This document shows positions 1 through 11,475 of a DNA stretch of 52,528 nt, piece by piece (the stretch's first letter is position 1; each line of letters opens with the position of its first letter). The notes under the pieces were generated by a model that saw nothing but the letters and a program-made list of their open reading frames with translations, was not told the DNA's origin and did not search any database. The stretch covers positions 2,092,386-2,144,913 of the forward strand of contig NC_057760.1 in NCBI RefSeq assembly GCF_004010195.1, written 5' to 3'. The translations under genes were made by a program, and so were the position numbers. Source of the DNA: Chiloscyllium plagiosum. Lineage: Eukaryota.

Positions 1-199
1 ATATAGATCCATCACTAACCCTGTTGCTGTTACAAACCTGATTGCCAGTACCCTTACACTGCCACACTTCTGTCCATCAGCACTAAGAAAGCATGAGGAT
101 ACTGCAAAGAGGGTATCGTGTGATAATCACAAAAGCTTAAGTGTTTTATTGAATACATCTGAACACCACCTTCCCCACTGCCCAAAATTTGTTCCATAC

Positions 200-238
200 C
201 TGTTTTCACTTTTGTAAATTCAGCTGGTTTTCGTCCCA
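200..238 (-). CDS. RPRD2: Probable RPRD2 short internal exon (39 nt, phase 1-1), linker after the CID
   Basis: Minus strand reads tttcacttgtttccattcattttag|TG GGA CGA AAA CCA GCT GAA TTT ACA AAA GTG AAA ACA G|gtatgg. It has a strong pyrimidine tract with AG and a CAG|GT donor, and it continues exon 3 in frame as (V)GRKPAEFTKVKT. I do not recognise the peptide by homology. Confidence 0.65.
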
Positions 239-2094
239 CTAAAATGAATGGAAACAAGTGAAAAATAGTGAATTTCCAGATTGCTTTGTCTGAAGCCTTT
301 TCAACAATCGTTCCAGACTGCACGGTGATATGGTTCATTTGCATTTGTTCATAAGGGAAGTGCTAATTATTAAAAGCATTTGGTGCAAAGCATCTGGCCT
401 CATTGAACTGTTTTAACTTTGAAGACTGGTAAAATTCGGAGCCCATTCTCCCAGCCACCCATCTCTGTTCATCTGTAAGTAAAGCCCACCCCTTGCCGTT
501 AGGCAGAGGTTGCACAAGTTGGTCTTCAGCTGCTCCTCACTTGGGTGGGAGGGGCTGTGTCTTCTCTATGTTTGGAACTTTCCCCGAATGAGATTCAATC
601 CATTGTTACACAGGGAAATTGCAGATAGGGAGCCAAGATCGCTGATCAGTCTGTGGTTCATGGTGCACATTATTAGGCCAAAGAGAAAACGGAGTCCAGG
701 TGATTCTGTTCAGCTCAATGCCCTCTGCTGTCCTATACACACGCGCGCGCACACAGTTCAAAATTTTCTTTCTCTCAAAATTTCAAAGCTTGTTAAAGAC
801 AGACACAGTCACAGTCTCTTGATGAGGGACAGAGAGGGTGGAGGGACAGAGAGAGTGCAAAACCGACCAAGTATGTCCCACGGGTCTGATCCCTGCTCAA
901 GACTGATAGAGGCAATTTCATGGAGTAGTGCAGATTAAAGCTGCCTTTGGGGTGTGAGAGCAAGGAAGAGGGGAGAAAACATATCCCAATTAGGAAGCCA
1001 TACAGGTGGACATGAGAATGGTCCAGGATAGGGGGTTCTCCACATTCCAAGTTCAGGCAAGAATGGTCCCTTAGGAATATTCAAGGGTTGTCGGGATCAG
1101 TGGTATCATTACCCAGTCAGAAACAAAAATACTCAAAACTGTTCAGAAGTATAGGCTCCCCTTTATTGGGGGCAGCAGTTCAGGTAAAAATTACACATCT
1201 CCATTAAAAGGATGATGAGATTATACAGGTGCCAGGGTAATGGAGATATTTTGCAATGCACAGACCAGTACTCTGGGAAAGATGTGCAACTGGCAGTAGC
1301 TTAGAGAGGAATTTCAAAAAGCAGCAGAGAGCTTAGGTACAGACCATGATAAAGCTACAAAGGTAGGGTGACATTTACGAAGGGTTTGAGGCTGTGAACC
1401 CAGCTGGAGAGCAAGGGAGTAATTTTCTGAGTAGAAATAAGAGGCATTGGTGATCTTTTCAGTTGCAGATGGGCTGAGTGTGAGGCAGGAGATGTTGGAG
1501 AGTAACAGCTGAGGATTAGTGATCGCTAATCTTTGAGAACTTTAAATGCATTATAACAGGAGCACTGCAGGAGAATTAGCAACAGACCAGCCGGGGCACA
1601 TACAGCCTTTCAACTCCAGCTACATTCCAGACACAAGTACCTCCAAACAGCCCACATTACAGCAGCCTAAGAGAAGTTTTAATGTAGGATGGATTTGACA
1701 TGAAGACCTTGTGCGACAATTCTACGCTATGTCACTCCTGAAAGACAAGGCACTTCTGACCAGAACATCCTCAAAGTACAGATCATGCTGGAACCATGTC
1801 CAAGCATCTGTTTACTCAGGTACCAGGAGGAGAGCTCTCAGGTGCTGAATAGCACGTTACTTCTTTCAGTCTGTCAATTACTCACGAGCTAGCTTGTGAT
1901 TTCCACGGTCACCTTTCAGTGACCTTGACGGGGACAAGGTGACGGATGGAACAAAGAGCAGCACAAAGGTTTGAATGAGTTCTTTTAAGACCTCAGTAGG
2001 GACCTCAATAAGTAAGGGGGCTCCAGCTTAAAGGAAGGCTCAAAATTCCTAGAATCAACAGTCTTTATTCCACATTTACAGAAACCACCCTCAC

Positions 2095-2195
2095 CAAGAG
2101 CGGCTCGCAGGTCCACAATCAACTCCTCTGGGTAGACGCTTCTCTGCTCCCATATTGTGAATATTCGCTCCACAGATTTCCGAATGGAAGGATCC
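2095..2195 (-). CDS. RPRD2: RPRD2 coding exon (exon 3 equivalent), CTD-interacting domain C-terminal part
   Basis: Encodes [33 protein letters not shown], matching recalled human RPRD2 [33 protein letters not shown]. Acceptor tttgattttctgtag|, donor CTTG|gtgagg. 101 nt, phase 2-1. Confidence 0.95.
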
Positions 2196-2493
2196 CTACA
2201 GAAAATCAAAAAAAGGATATTTGTGAATTGGTGCTAGTTTTCAACTACAGACTGTTTTATTTAGCTTTTTACACCTTGGCAGTTAGTTAAGGGTATAAAA
2301 GTTTATGGGACCTCCAGTGTTATCTGTATTTTCCTCTCTGACAAAAGCAGAGGAACATACACAGGTTTTTTTTTTAAAAAATGGATCGTTCCTCATTTCC
2401 TCATTCTGGTTTATTTTAATATCACTGCACCTAATGATCGGTCACAACAAATTAACTACTCCGACACATTTTACCGAATGATTCGTTCATCAA

Positions 2494-2662
2494 GCAGCAT
2501 CGGGGGGCAGGGGAGTCGACATTTCAGGTCGGAACCTTTCATCAGGACTGGACGACAGGTTCCGACCTGAAATGTCAACTCCCTTGTTCTTCTGACACTG
2601 CTTGACCTGCTGTGCGTTTTCCAGCTCCATTGAGTCTGACTTTCCAGCATCTGCAGTCCCAT
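2494..2662. mobile_element. Palindromic Penelope-derived (MER6-like) short element with a hammerhead ribozyme core
   Basis: Inverted arms 2511-2537 and 2557-2583. The tail ...gacctgctgtgcgttttccagc...ccagcatctgcag is shared with the Penelope pLTR at 12256-13005. Confidence 0.75.
2514..2549 (-). ncRNA. Minimal type I hammerhead ribozyme motif
   Basis: Minus strand: AGTC CTGATGA A AGGT-TCCG-ACCT GAAA TGTC^GACT. Conserved core, 4-bp stem II, and stem I formed by AGTC/GACT. Confidence 0.65.
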
Positions 2663-2749
2663 CTCCAATTCATTCATCAATCCTGCCTTAGAGTGTGCCT
2701 CGTCTGATCAACTCTCTTGCTCTGTGACATTTCCCCCCCTCCTTCTCTG

Positions 2750-4516
2750 TCTGAAATTCCTACCAGCTTCAAGACAACCAGCATCATCCTGATGCCTCAA
2801 TGACTAACGGCTGGCGGCTCTGATCTCGATAATTCTGAAGTGCTTCGAGAGATTAGTCTTGGCTCACATCAACTCCAGCCTCCCAAATTTCCCTGATTCT
2901 TTGCCAGTTAGGTGAACTGACCAAGTTAAATTGCCCATAGTGTTCAGGGATGGGGGTGCATCAGTCAGGGATTAATGTTAAGTGATAGGGTAGAAGAATG
3001 AGTCTGGGTGGGTTACTCTTCGGAGGTTCAGCGTGGAAAGTTGGGCCAAATGGCCTGTTTCCTCACCATAGGAATTCTATGATTTTAGGCGGCACAGTGG
3101 CTAGCACTGCTGCCGCACGTTGCCAGGGACTCGGGTTCAATTCCCGCCTTGGGCAACTGTCTGTGTGAAGTTTGCACCCCATGTCTGTGTGGGTTTCCTC
3201 CCACAGTCCAAAAAGTGCAGGTTAGGTGAATTGGCCATGCTAAAGGGCCTGTAGTGTTAGATGCATTAGTCAGGGTGGGTTGCTCTTCAGAGGGTCGGTA
3301 TAGACTTGCTGCGCCAAAGGGCCCGTTTCCACACTGTAGGGAATCTAATCTAATCTTTGCAATTTGTTTACTGGTCCACAGCATTCCCCTGGCCACACAT
3401 TCATCCCTGGAACATCTGGACAACATAGTCAGTGTGTCAGGTTCTGACCTACTGACTATAGCTGAGCCTTCAACACCGTAATTCCAAACAAACTGATCTC
3501 TCAACTCCAAGACCTCAGTCTCAGCTCCTCCCTCTGGACATCCTGACCCATAGACCGCATTCAGTAAGAATAGGCAACAAGTCCTCCACCATAATCCTTA
3601 ACACCAGTGCCCCATAAGGCTATGTACTCAGCTCCCTACTGTACTTCTGATACACACATGGCTGTGGTCAAATTCCGCCCCAACTCCATTTACAAGTTTG
3701 CTGACAATACCACCATTGTAGGTCGAATCACAAATGGCAATGAGACGAAAGGAAAGAGATTGTTGTCTTTTTACGCCATGCCTCTAAGTACTCCATCTCT
3801 CCATCAATGTCAGCAAAACGAAGGAGCTGGTCGTCACCTTCAGGGAGCAGAGTGGAGGGCACGCCCCAGTCTGCTACAATGGTACTGAGGTGGAGATGGT
3901 CAGGTGCATCCAACTCCTGAGAGTGAAGATCATCAATAATCCACCCTGGCCCACTCACGTCAATGCAAGTGTCAAGAAAACACAACAGTGTCACTACTTC
4001 CTCAGGAGGCTAAGGAAATGTGACATGACCACAAGGACTCTTACCAATTTTTTATAGATACATCACAGAAAGCACCCTATCTGGATTCACCACAGTGTGG
4101 TTTGGCAACTGCTTTTCCCAAGGACACAACAAACTCCAAACAGTCACAAACATTTATCACACAAACCAGTCTTCCATCCATTGAGTCCACCTGCCTTGGG
4201 GAAATAACCACATAATCAAAGACCCCTCCCACCCCAGCTAACTTCTCTTCCATCCTCTTCTGTCAGGCAGAAGATATAAAAGCTCAAATACACTTTTGAA
4301 CATATTCAAGAATAGCTTCTTCCCTGCTGTTATCAGACTTTTGAACAGACCTCTCCAATGTTAATTCTGAGCTCTCTCCCACTGCACCTATAACACTGTA
4401 TTCTACACTCTGCTCTGTTATCCTGATGCACTTTGTATAGTACGATCTGTCTGTATAGCATGCAAAACAACACTTCTCACCACATCTCAGTACACGTGAC
4501 AACAATAAATCAATCA
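2750..4516 (+). mobile_element. Rex1/Babar-type LINE, degraded RT and 3' end, interrupted by SINEs at 2905-3355
   Basis: Frameshifted motifs ALISIILKCFERLV, KFADNTTIVGRI, NVSKTKELV and HYFLRRLRK. 3' tail gtgacaacaataaatcaatca. Confidence 0.8.
2905..3355 (+). mobile_element. Two tandem HE1 (V-SINE) copies: 5'-truncated 2905-3084 and near-full 3088-3355
   Basis: tRNA-like head ggcggcacagtggctagcactgctgcc...gggttcaattccc, V-domain gggtttcctcc/ccacagtccaaa, and an (aatct)n tail. Confidence 0.85.
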
Positions 4517-4745
4517 CAGCATGTAGCTGGAGACGACTGGAACAAGGACAGCTGTGTCACTTGGAGAAATTGTTCTCCAGTATGAGTAGCAAAATCAGAG
4601 ACATTCCTAATCTAATGCATGCTTTGACAACAGCAAATGCTGGAAAAAACCCAGACAGCATCAGCTCACAGAAACAGGGGCAGCCATACCAGCTTGACCA
4701 CCCTTCAACAGAACTGAATGGAGGCAGACAGATGAGCCTCATGGT

Positions 4746-4944
4746 AAAAACAATGACTGCAGATGCTGGAAACCAGATTCTGGATTAGTGGTGCTGGAAG
4801 AGAGAGGGTGGAGTGGATAGGTGGAAAAGGAGCTAGGCAGGTCGGACAAGTCCGGACAGGTCAAGGGGACAGTGAGGAGCTGGAAGTTTGAAACTAGGAT
4901 GAGGTGGGGGAAGGGGAAATGAGGAAACTGCTGAAGTCCACATG
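4746..4944 (-). mobile_element. Penelope-like element 3'/pLTR fragment
   Basis: gactgcagatgctggaaacc...gggggaaggggaaatgaggaaactg, homologous to the minus strand of 12650-13000. Confidence 0.65.
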
Positions 4945-5684
4945 TTGAATCTCTCCAGTTGCTGTTTTCCACATACAAGCTGGGCGTAGACGGAAAAAGG
5001 AGAAGGATGCAGAAGCTGATTAACAATAAAGAATATAGCGTGTGTGATAATTTTAAGGGAACATTAACTGTTGAGAATTAAGGGCCTCCTTAAAACCGGT
5101 GTGTTAACTCAGCACTCCATATTTGGTATTCCCTGCGTAGCATGAGACCATCATCTGTGACAAATTACTATTTCGCGCTCTGTAAATGTAAACAAATCTA
5201 TATGAAAGCAGTGAAGCAGTCAGAAGAATCATCAGGGTCTTAAGTCACATCAAAGGTTTATCAGGCACCATCCTATTCCATTATCAACACAGTGTAATAA
5301 AAGTAAGGTGGTTTTGGTGTTAGGAGAAATGAAAACGAACCTTTAAGTGGAGGTGAGCATCAGCAGCTTTCCCCCATGGCAGAGGGGATAAACAGGTGAC
5401 TGACACAGCATTGATGGCCAGTCCCAGAATAACGTTTATTAGCAGGGACAGGAAGGGGAAGAAAGGGCAAGATCCATGGAGACAGGCCACACCGTCTTCT
5501 TGCAGGAAGACTAGGAGCTCCTACGCATCAGCCCAAGGGAAGAACAAAGGCTGTTGCTACTGGGACCAAAGACTACCAGAGACTGCCACAAAAGACAACA
5601 AGACAACTGAGGTGTGGGAGTGCGCTGCCTCTACTCCTCCATCCTACAGAACGGCTCCTGGATCAGTAAAGTCAAAGTAAAGGA

Positions 5685-6058
5685 TGCAGACTGCACGGAA
5701 ACAGGCCCATGTGACCAGGTTTCCTCATTTCAACTCATATCCCATATCCCTCTAAATATTTCCTATCCAAGTACCCATCCAGATGCCTTTTAAATGTTGT
5801 AATTGTACCAGCCTCTGTTACTTCCTATGGCAGCTCATTCTGTCTGTGCACCATTCTTTGCACGAAAGCACTGCCCCTCAGGTCCTTTTTAAATCTTTCC
5901 CCTCTCACCTTAAACCTACACCTTCTAGTTTTGGACTCCGTTACCCTGGGGGGAAATGCTTGGCTTTTCACCTTATGTATGCCCCTCAATTTCTTTTTAC
6001 ACAACTCCATGAAGATCATCTCTCAGCCTCCTACGTTCCAGGGAGGAAGTCCCAGCCT
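5685..6058 (-). mobile_element. CR1 (HER1-like) 3' fragment
   Basis: Minus-strand translation FKVRGERFKKDLRGSAFVQRMV..NELP is a CR1 ORF2 C-terminus. Confidence 0.85.
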
Positions 6059-6922
6059 GGTGCCCACATCTGTCAAAGGTCGTAAATTTCCTTTCTATGC
6101 CTAATTAATTAACGCACCATGGCTGAACTGCTGCTTTCCAATAAAAGATCAGAAGTACAATAAATTGTTGACTGCCGATATTAGGTAAATGAGTTCATGA
6201 ACTCGCTAAAAATCATCACAGCAGTTCAGCATTACCGGGCAGAAGTTTTATCCAATTTCACAGTTCAATATGGGACAAGAATTCAAGGATGGGACATCAG
6301 CAATGCATTTACCAATTCAATATAGGAATACATGTGTTTCCATAATCCATCTCTACTGTTACAGGATTTAAACTGACCCTCCTCGTTCTGAATCACTGAA
6401 ATCACAACAAATTAAGACATCATTCAGCTCAGGGTATGCTACCTGTCATATGACTGCACAGGAAATCCTAAACTTCATTACACCATGGTCAGCCTTCAAC
6501 CACATTTTTCCTGACAAGCAAAAGTAAACAAATGTCTCAACTGTAGTTTAACCAAAGATGGCTTACTCTGATAAGATTTAAACATACTCCAAGCATCAGG
6601 TAACCGTTACCTTGTACACCAATCCTCCTCTTCTATCCCTCCCAACAAGCACATTAAATTACTAATCGCCCTTTTACAGATTGTAAACCATTCACTTCAC
6701 AATCAACACAGGTAGCTTTACTTTGAGTGAACATTGAATGTAATGACGTGGCTTTCTGATCTATCAGAACTCCAAAATGCCTTTGTTCGAATGGTGACTC
6801 CACTTGGTAAACATTTCACAAGCTGTTACTTAGTAGCAAGTGAGAGAGACGCCATTACTTCTTGATGCTGGGCTATTCAAAGCATTAACTGCTTATGTTA
6901 TGCTTAGGATAAGCAAACATCA

Positions 6923-7004
6923 GGTAGTGCCCCTGAGCGGACTAAGACATTGGATGGAGGCTCCAATCTCTCTCCAAGTGTGGGTTTGAATCTCGTCACT
7001 GCCA
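6923..7004 (+). pseudogene. tRNA-Leu-derived pseudogene or SINE head
   Basis: 82-nt colinear match to vertebrate tRNA-Leu(AAG/TAG) GGTAGCGTGGCCGAGCGGTCTAAGGCGCTGGATTAAGGCTCCAG...GTGGGTTCGAATCCCACCGCTGCCA. The T-stem and TTCG are mutated. Confidence 0.7.
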
Positions 7005-8099
7005 AAGTGCTTCAGTGGCTCCTCTGGTGAACAAGTGTCTGGGTGAGTGATCGATCAGATCCACAGCATACTCAGTGCTGAGAAGATCATACAAACACCC
7101 ATGCATGCACAAAGATTTTGTTTAGGTGGAAAGCTGTTTATTTTAGGACAGGGTTTGGCTGCTGCTGCCTGCATAGCAGCTTATACCAGTGAGTTACATA
7201 AAAGGTTTAGTGGCACACATCCAGGATTCAGATATTGCATTAATATACAAATAGTGATGTCCAGCTTTAAATGCCCTTTTCAGACAGAAAAGTTAACAGC
7301 TATTATTGGATATTTTCTCACAGTTGTTACATCTCACTCAAATTTCAGTGACGTTAATTTTCTAAACACATTTCAACATGTCATGTCGAAAAAAAAAAGC
7401 TTAATTTTAACAAGTTCAGCTCCTCCGCAAAATACTCCCATTCCCAAGACACTTGACCCCCCCCAAACAATCGGGATTCCAATTTTAAATTAATCTAAAA
7501 ATCCAATTCTCCTTGACACAGACATTTTTTTCACCCTGTAGTAATGTAACATGATTGCCATTTAACTTCATGAAGTCAATTGACAAATATTCAGCTTACT
7601 GGAGGGAAAACAAAGCTGCCATCCCTAAAGGGAAGTGGCAGTAACGAGAACACATGCATATTCAACAGACAGACATTTATTCACCCAACTGCAATGGGTA
7701 ACTGAGGGAGACGGCAGCATTAACGTACACGGTTACATTTTGCCACACTCCAATTTTCTCTCCTCAGGGGTGCAGGCTACAAGTGCTCAGAAAATAGCAA
7801 CCCAAATACAACTTGACCAAGTGGCCATTCAGCAATAGTATGACAGGAAACTGCACCCATCACAATTTAACACGTTCAGGGTGAAAATATTTCATTACAA
7901 CACTGCCTGACCATGTTATCACTGTTTTCCCAAGGGTATAGAAAATTAAAGCTTGTCTGCAGGATATAAGATAACACCAAATCAACAAGCAGTCTGTGCA
8001 AGGGATTACTGAAACTTCAAATGCTGAAGAAAGTAACAAATTTGGAGGAGGTTCTCAGTTATCTGAGAGATTAATAGAGTGGTTATGGTTGGGGATTTT

Positions 8100-10460
8100 A
8101 ATTTTCCAAACAGAGACTGGGCCTGTCAGGATGTTAAGGGCTTGCATGGGGAGAAATCTGTTAAGTGTGCACAAGAACATTTTCTGAAGAAGTATTGTGG
8201 GTGTACCCATTAGAGAAGGTGCAAAACTTGACCCATTCTTGGGAAGTAAGGCAGGCCAGGTGACTGAGATGGTGTCAGTGGGGAGCACTTTAGAGCCAGT
8301 GACCATAATTCTATTAGTTTTAAAATAGTGATGAAAAAGGATAGACTGGATCTAAAAGTTAAACTTCTGGCATGGAGGAAGGCCAATTTTGATAATATTA
8401 GGCAAGAACTTTCTAAAGTTGATTGGGAGCAGATGTTTACAGGTAAAAGGCCAGCTGGAAAATAGGAAGCAATTAAAAATGAGGTAACGAGAATCCAGAG
8501 ATAGTACGTTCCTGTTAGGGTGAAGGGTTAGGCTGGTTGGTACAGGGAATGCTGGATGACGAGAGAAATTCACGTTTTGGTCAAGAAAAAGGAAGCATAT
8601 GTCAGGAATAGACAGCAGGAATTCAGTGAATCCCTGAAGGGGTATAAGGGTAGTAGGAGTATATTTACGAGGGAACTCAGGAGGGCAAAAAAGGAACAAG
8701 AGATAGCTTTGGCAAATCAGGTGAAAGAGAATCCAAAGGGTTTCCATAAATACACGAAGGACAAAAGGGTATGTAGGGAGCGAATAGGGCCCCTCAAAGA
8801 TCAGCAAGGCCGCCTATATGTGGAACAGCAGGAGATGGGGGAAGATACTAAACAAGTATTTTGCAGCGTTTGCTAAATGAGAAAAATAAAATTATGTAGA
8901 ACATGGGGAAATAAATAGCAACATCTCAAAAAAAATTCCATATTGGAGGTGGTAATGTTGGACATCTTAATACACAAAAAAATGGATAAATCCCCAGGAC
9001 CTGATCAGGTGTACCTAAAACTCTGTGGAAAGCGAGGGAAGAGATTGGGGTCCTTTTGCTGAGCTATATGTATCATTGATAGCCACAGATGAGGTACTGG
9101 AAGACTAGAGGTTGACTAATGTTGCGCCACTATTTAAGAAAGGGGACTAAAAGACAGGTGAGTCTGACATTGGTAGTGGGTAAGTTTTTGGAGGGAATCC
9201 TGAGGGACAGGATTAACATGTATTTGGAATGACAAGGACTGATTAGGGATAGTCAACATGGCTTGTGGGAAATCATGTTTCACTAACCTGATTGAGTTTT
9301 CTATAGTAGTAACGAAGAGGTTTGATGAGGGTAGAGTGGTGAAGGAGATGTATATGGACTTCAGTACGGCGTTCGACACGATTCCACATGGTCGACTGGT
9401 TAGCAAGGTGAGATCACACTGAATACAGGGAGAATTAGCCATTTGAATACAAAATGGCTTGAAGATACAAAACATCGAGTGGCCTTTCAGACTGGAGGCC
9501 TGTGACCAGTGGTGTGCCACAAGGATCAGTGCTGGGTCCACTGCTTTTTATCGTTTGTGTGAATGATTTGGATGTGAAGATACAACGTTTAGTAAGTTTG
9601 CAGATGACATCAAAATTGGAGGTGTAGCGGACAGCAAAGAAGGCTACCTCAGAGTACATTGGGATCTTGATCAGATGGGCCAATGGATCGAGGTTAATTT
9701 AGATAAATTGAGGTGCTACATTTTGGAAAGACAAATCAAGGCAGGACTTATACACTACATGGTAAGGTCCTGGGGAATGTTGCTCAAAAAAAAAAAGATA
9801 TCTTGGAGTGCAGGTTTATAATTCTTTGAAAGTGGAGTCACAGGGAAATAGGATAGTAAAGGCGGCGACGGGTACGCATGCCGTTATTAGTCAGTGCATT
9901 GAGTACAGGAGTTTGGAGATCATGTTGTAGCTGTACGGGTCATTGGTTCAGCCACTTTTGGCCACTTTCTGGTCTACCTCCTTTTGGAAGGATGTGGTGA
10001 AACTTGAAAGGGTTCAGAAAAGATTTACAAAGATGTTCCCAGGTTGGAGAGTTTGAACTAGAGGGAGAGGCTGAATAGGCTGGGGCTGTTTTCCCTGGAG
10101 TATCAGATGTATGGGGTGACCTTATAGAGGTTTATAAAATCATGAGGGGCACAGATAGGGTAAATAGGCTTGGTCTTTTCCCCAGGGTGAAGGAATCCAA
10201 AACTAGAGGATATAGATGTAGGGTGAGGTGGGGAGAAGGTTTGAAAGGGACCTAGGGGGAAACCTTTTCACACAGAGGGTGGTGCACGTATGTAATGAGC
10301 TGCCAGAAGTGGAGGAGGCTGGTACAATTATAACATTTAAAAAGCATGTGGATGGGTATATGAAAGGTTTAGAGGGATATGGACCAAATGCTGGCAAATG
10401 GGACCAGATTTATTTAGGATATCTGATAGGCGAGTTGGACTGAAGGATCTGGTTCCTGTA
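8100..10460 (+). mobile_element. CR1/HER1 LINE, long degraded ORF2 (endonuclease end, RT, C-terminus)
   Basis: Fragments include [56 protein letters not shown] and NLFTQRVVHVCNELP, with many stops and frameshifts. Confidence 0.93.
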
Positions 10461-10464
10461 CTAA

Positions 10465-10650
10465 CAGGTTCCTTTTAAAATCTTTTCCCTCTCACCTTAA
10501 ATCTATGGCTGCTAACTTTGGACTCCCCTACTCTTAGGGAAAAACCTTGACTATTCACCCAAGCAATTTTATAAACCTCTAAGGTCACCTCTCCGCTTCT
10601 GACGTCCCAGGGAAAATAGCCCCAGCCTATTCAGCTTCTCTCTCTATAGC
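10465..10650 (-). mobile_element. CR1 fragment inverted relative to the adjacent copy
   Basis: cccagggaaaatagccccagcctattcagc is the reverse complement of ctgaataggctggggctgttttccctgg at about 10071-10098. Confidence 0.8.
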
Positions 10651-10829
10651 TGCTTAAACAGTCTCATGAGGGGTGCAAGTAAATAAAAATGATGTGGGGT
10701 GCAGAGGGAAGGTGGGTGAAGGATTATGGAGAAGGTTGGTTAGATGCCCCACAAATTATATCCCAGTCATACTCAATACTTACAGGGTCATAGAAAACTG
10801 GATAAACCACAACACAAAAATACATTAAA

Positions 10830-11128
10830 TTAGATTAGATTAGATTCCGTACAGTGCAGAAACAGGCTCTTCTGCCCAAGTCCACACCGACCCTCCAAAG
10901 AGTAACCCACCCAGACCCATTCCCCTACTCTCTACTAATGCACCTATCATTACGGGCAATTTAGCATGGCCAATTCACCTGACCTGCACATCTGTGGAAG
11001 GAAACCGGAGCACCCAGAGGAAACCCACGCAGACACGGGGAGAATGTGCAAACTCCACATTGACATCAAACCTGGTTCCCTGGCGCTGCGAGGTAGCAGT
11101 GCGAACCACTGAGCCACCGTGCCACCCC
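10830..11128 (-). mobile_element. HE1 SINE
   Basis: (agatt)n tail at the left end and the reverse-complemented head gtggcacggtggctcagtggtt at the right end. Confidence 0.9.
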
Positions 11129-11135
11129 ATAATTT

Positions 11136-11182
11136 GGAATTTACTATGGCAGCACTTGTGAATTTAAGAGAATAAGTAACTT
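11136..11182. repeat. Inverted-repeat arm A (partner at 13782-13828)
   Basis: ggaatttactatggcagcacttgtgaatttaagagaataagtaactt is the reverse complement of 13782-13828 at 45/47 positions. Confidence 0.95.
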
Positions 11183-11475
11183 GAGGCAGCTGTTTACACA
11201 TAGCAAGGAGCAATGAAGCACGTAGCGCCCTCAATTAAGCAAACGGAGTGACAGATGATACAGGAGGGGCCATTCTGCCCAAGTGCATGCTGGTACTCAG
11301 GCAAGCAGCATAATCAATCTTGTTCCCCTGCTCGATCCATGTGGCCCTGCAGTTCTATTTACTTCAAGGGCCTGTGCAATTTTCTTTCGGAATCCACTTC
11401 CAACCCTCGTTGGGACGTCCAGGTCAATAATGTTGAAAGTAAAAGTTACCCTTTGAAAAGGATTGCATCACCTAC

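Noticed and set aside
54..344. 96-aa minus-strand ORF as a gene
   Set aside because: Only 200-238 is bounded by splice signals; the rest is read-through of intron.
510..1050. Overlapping 142-aa and 85-aa ORFs
   Set aside because: No recognisable domain, and they cross simple repeats, so they are probably chance ORFs.
8352..10443. RT-like ORFs as a functional reverse transcriptase or novel RT system
   Set aside because: Fragmented CR1 ORF2 with many stops and frameshifts. The same holds for 25919-26752 and 42063-44477.
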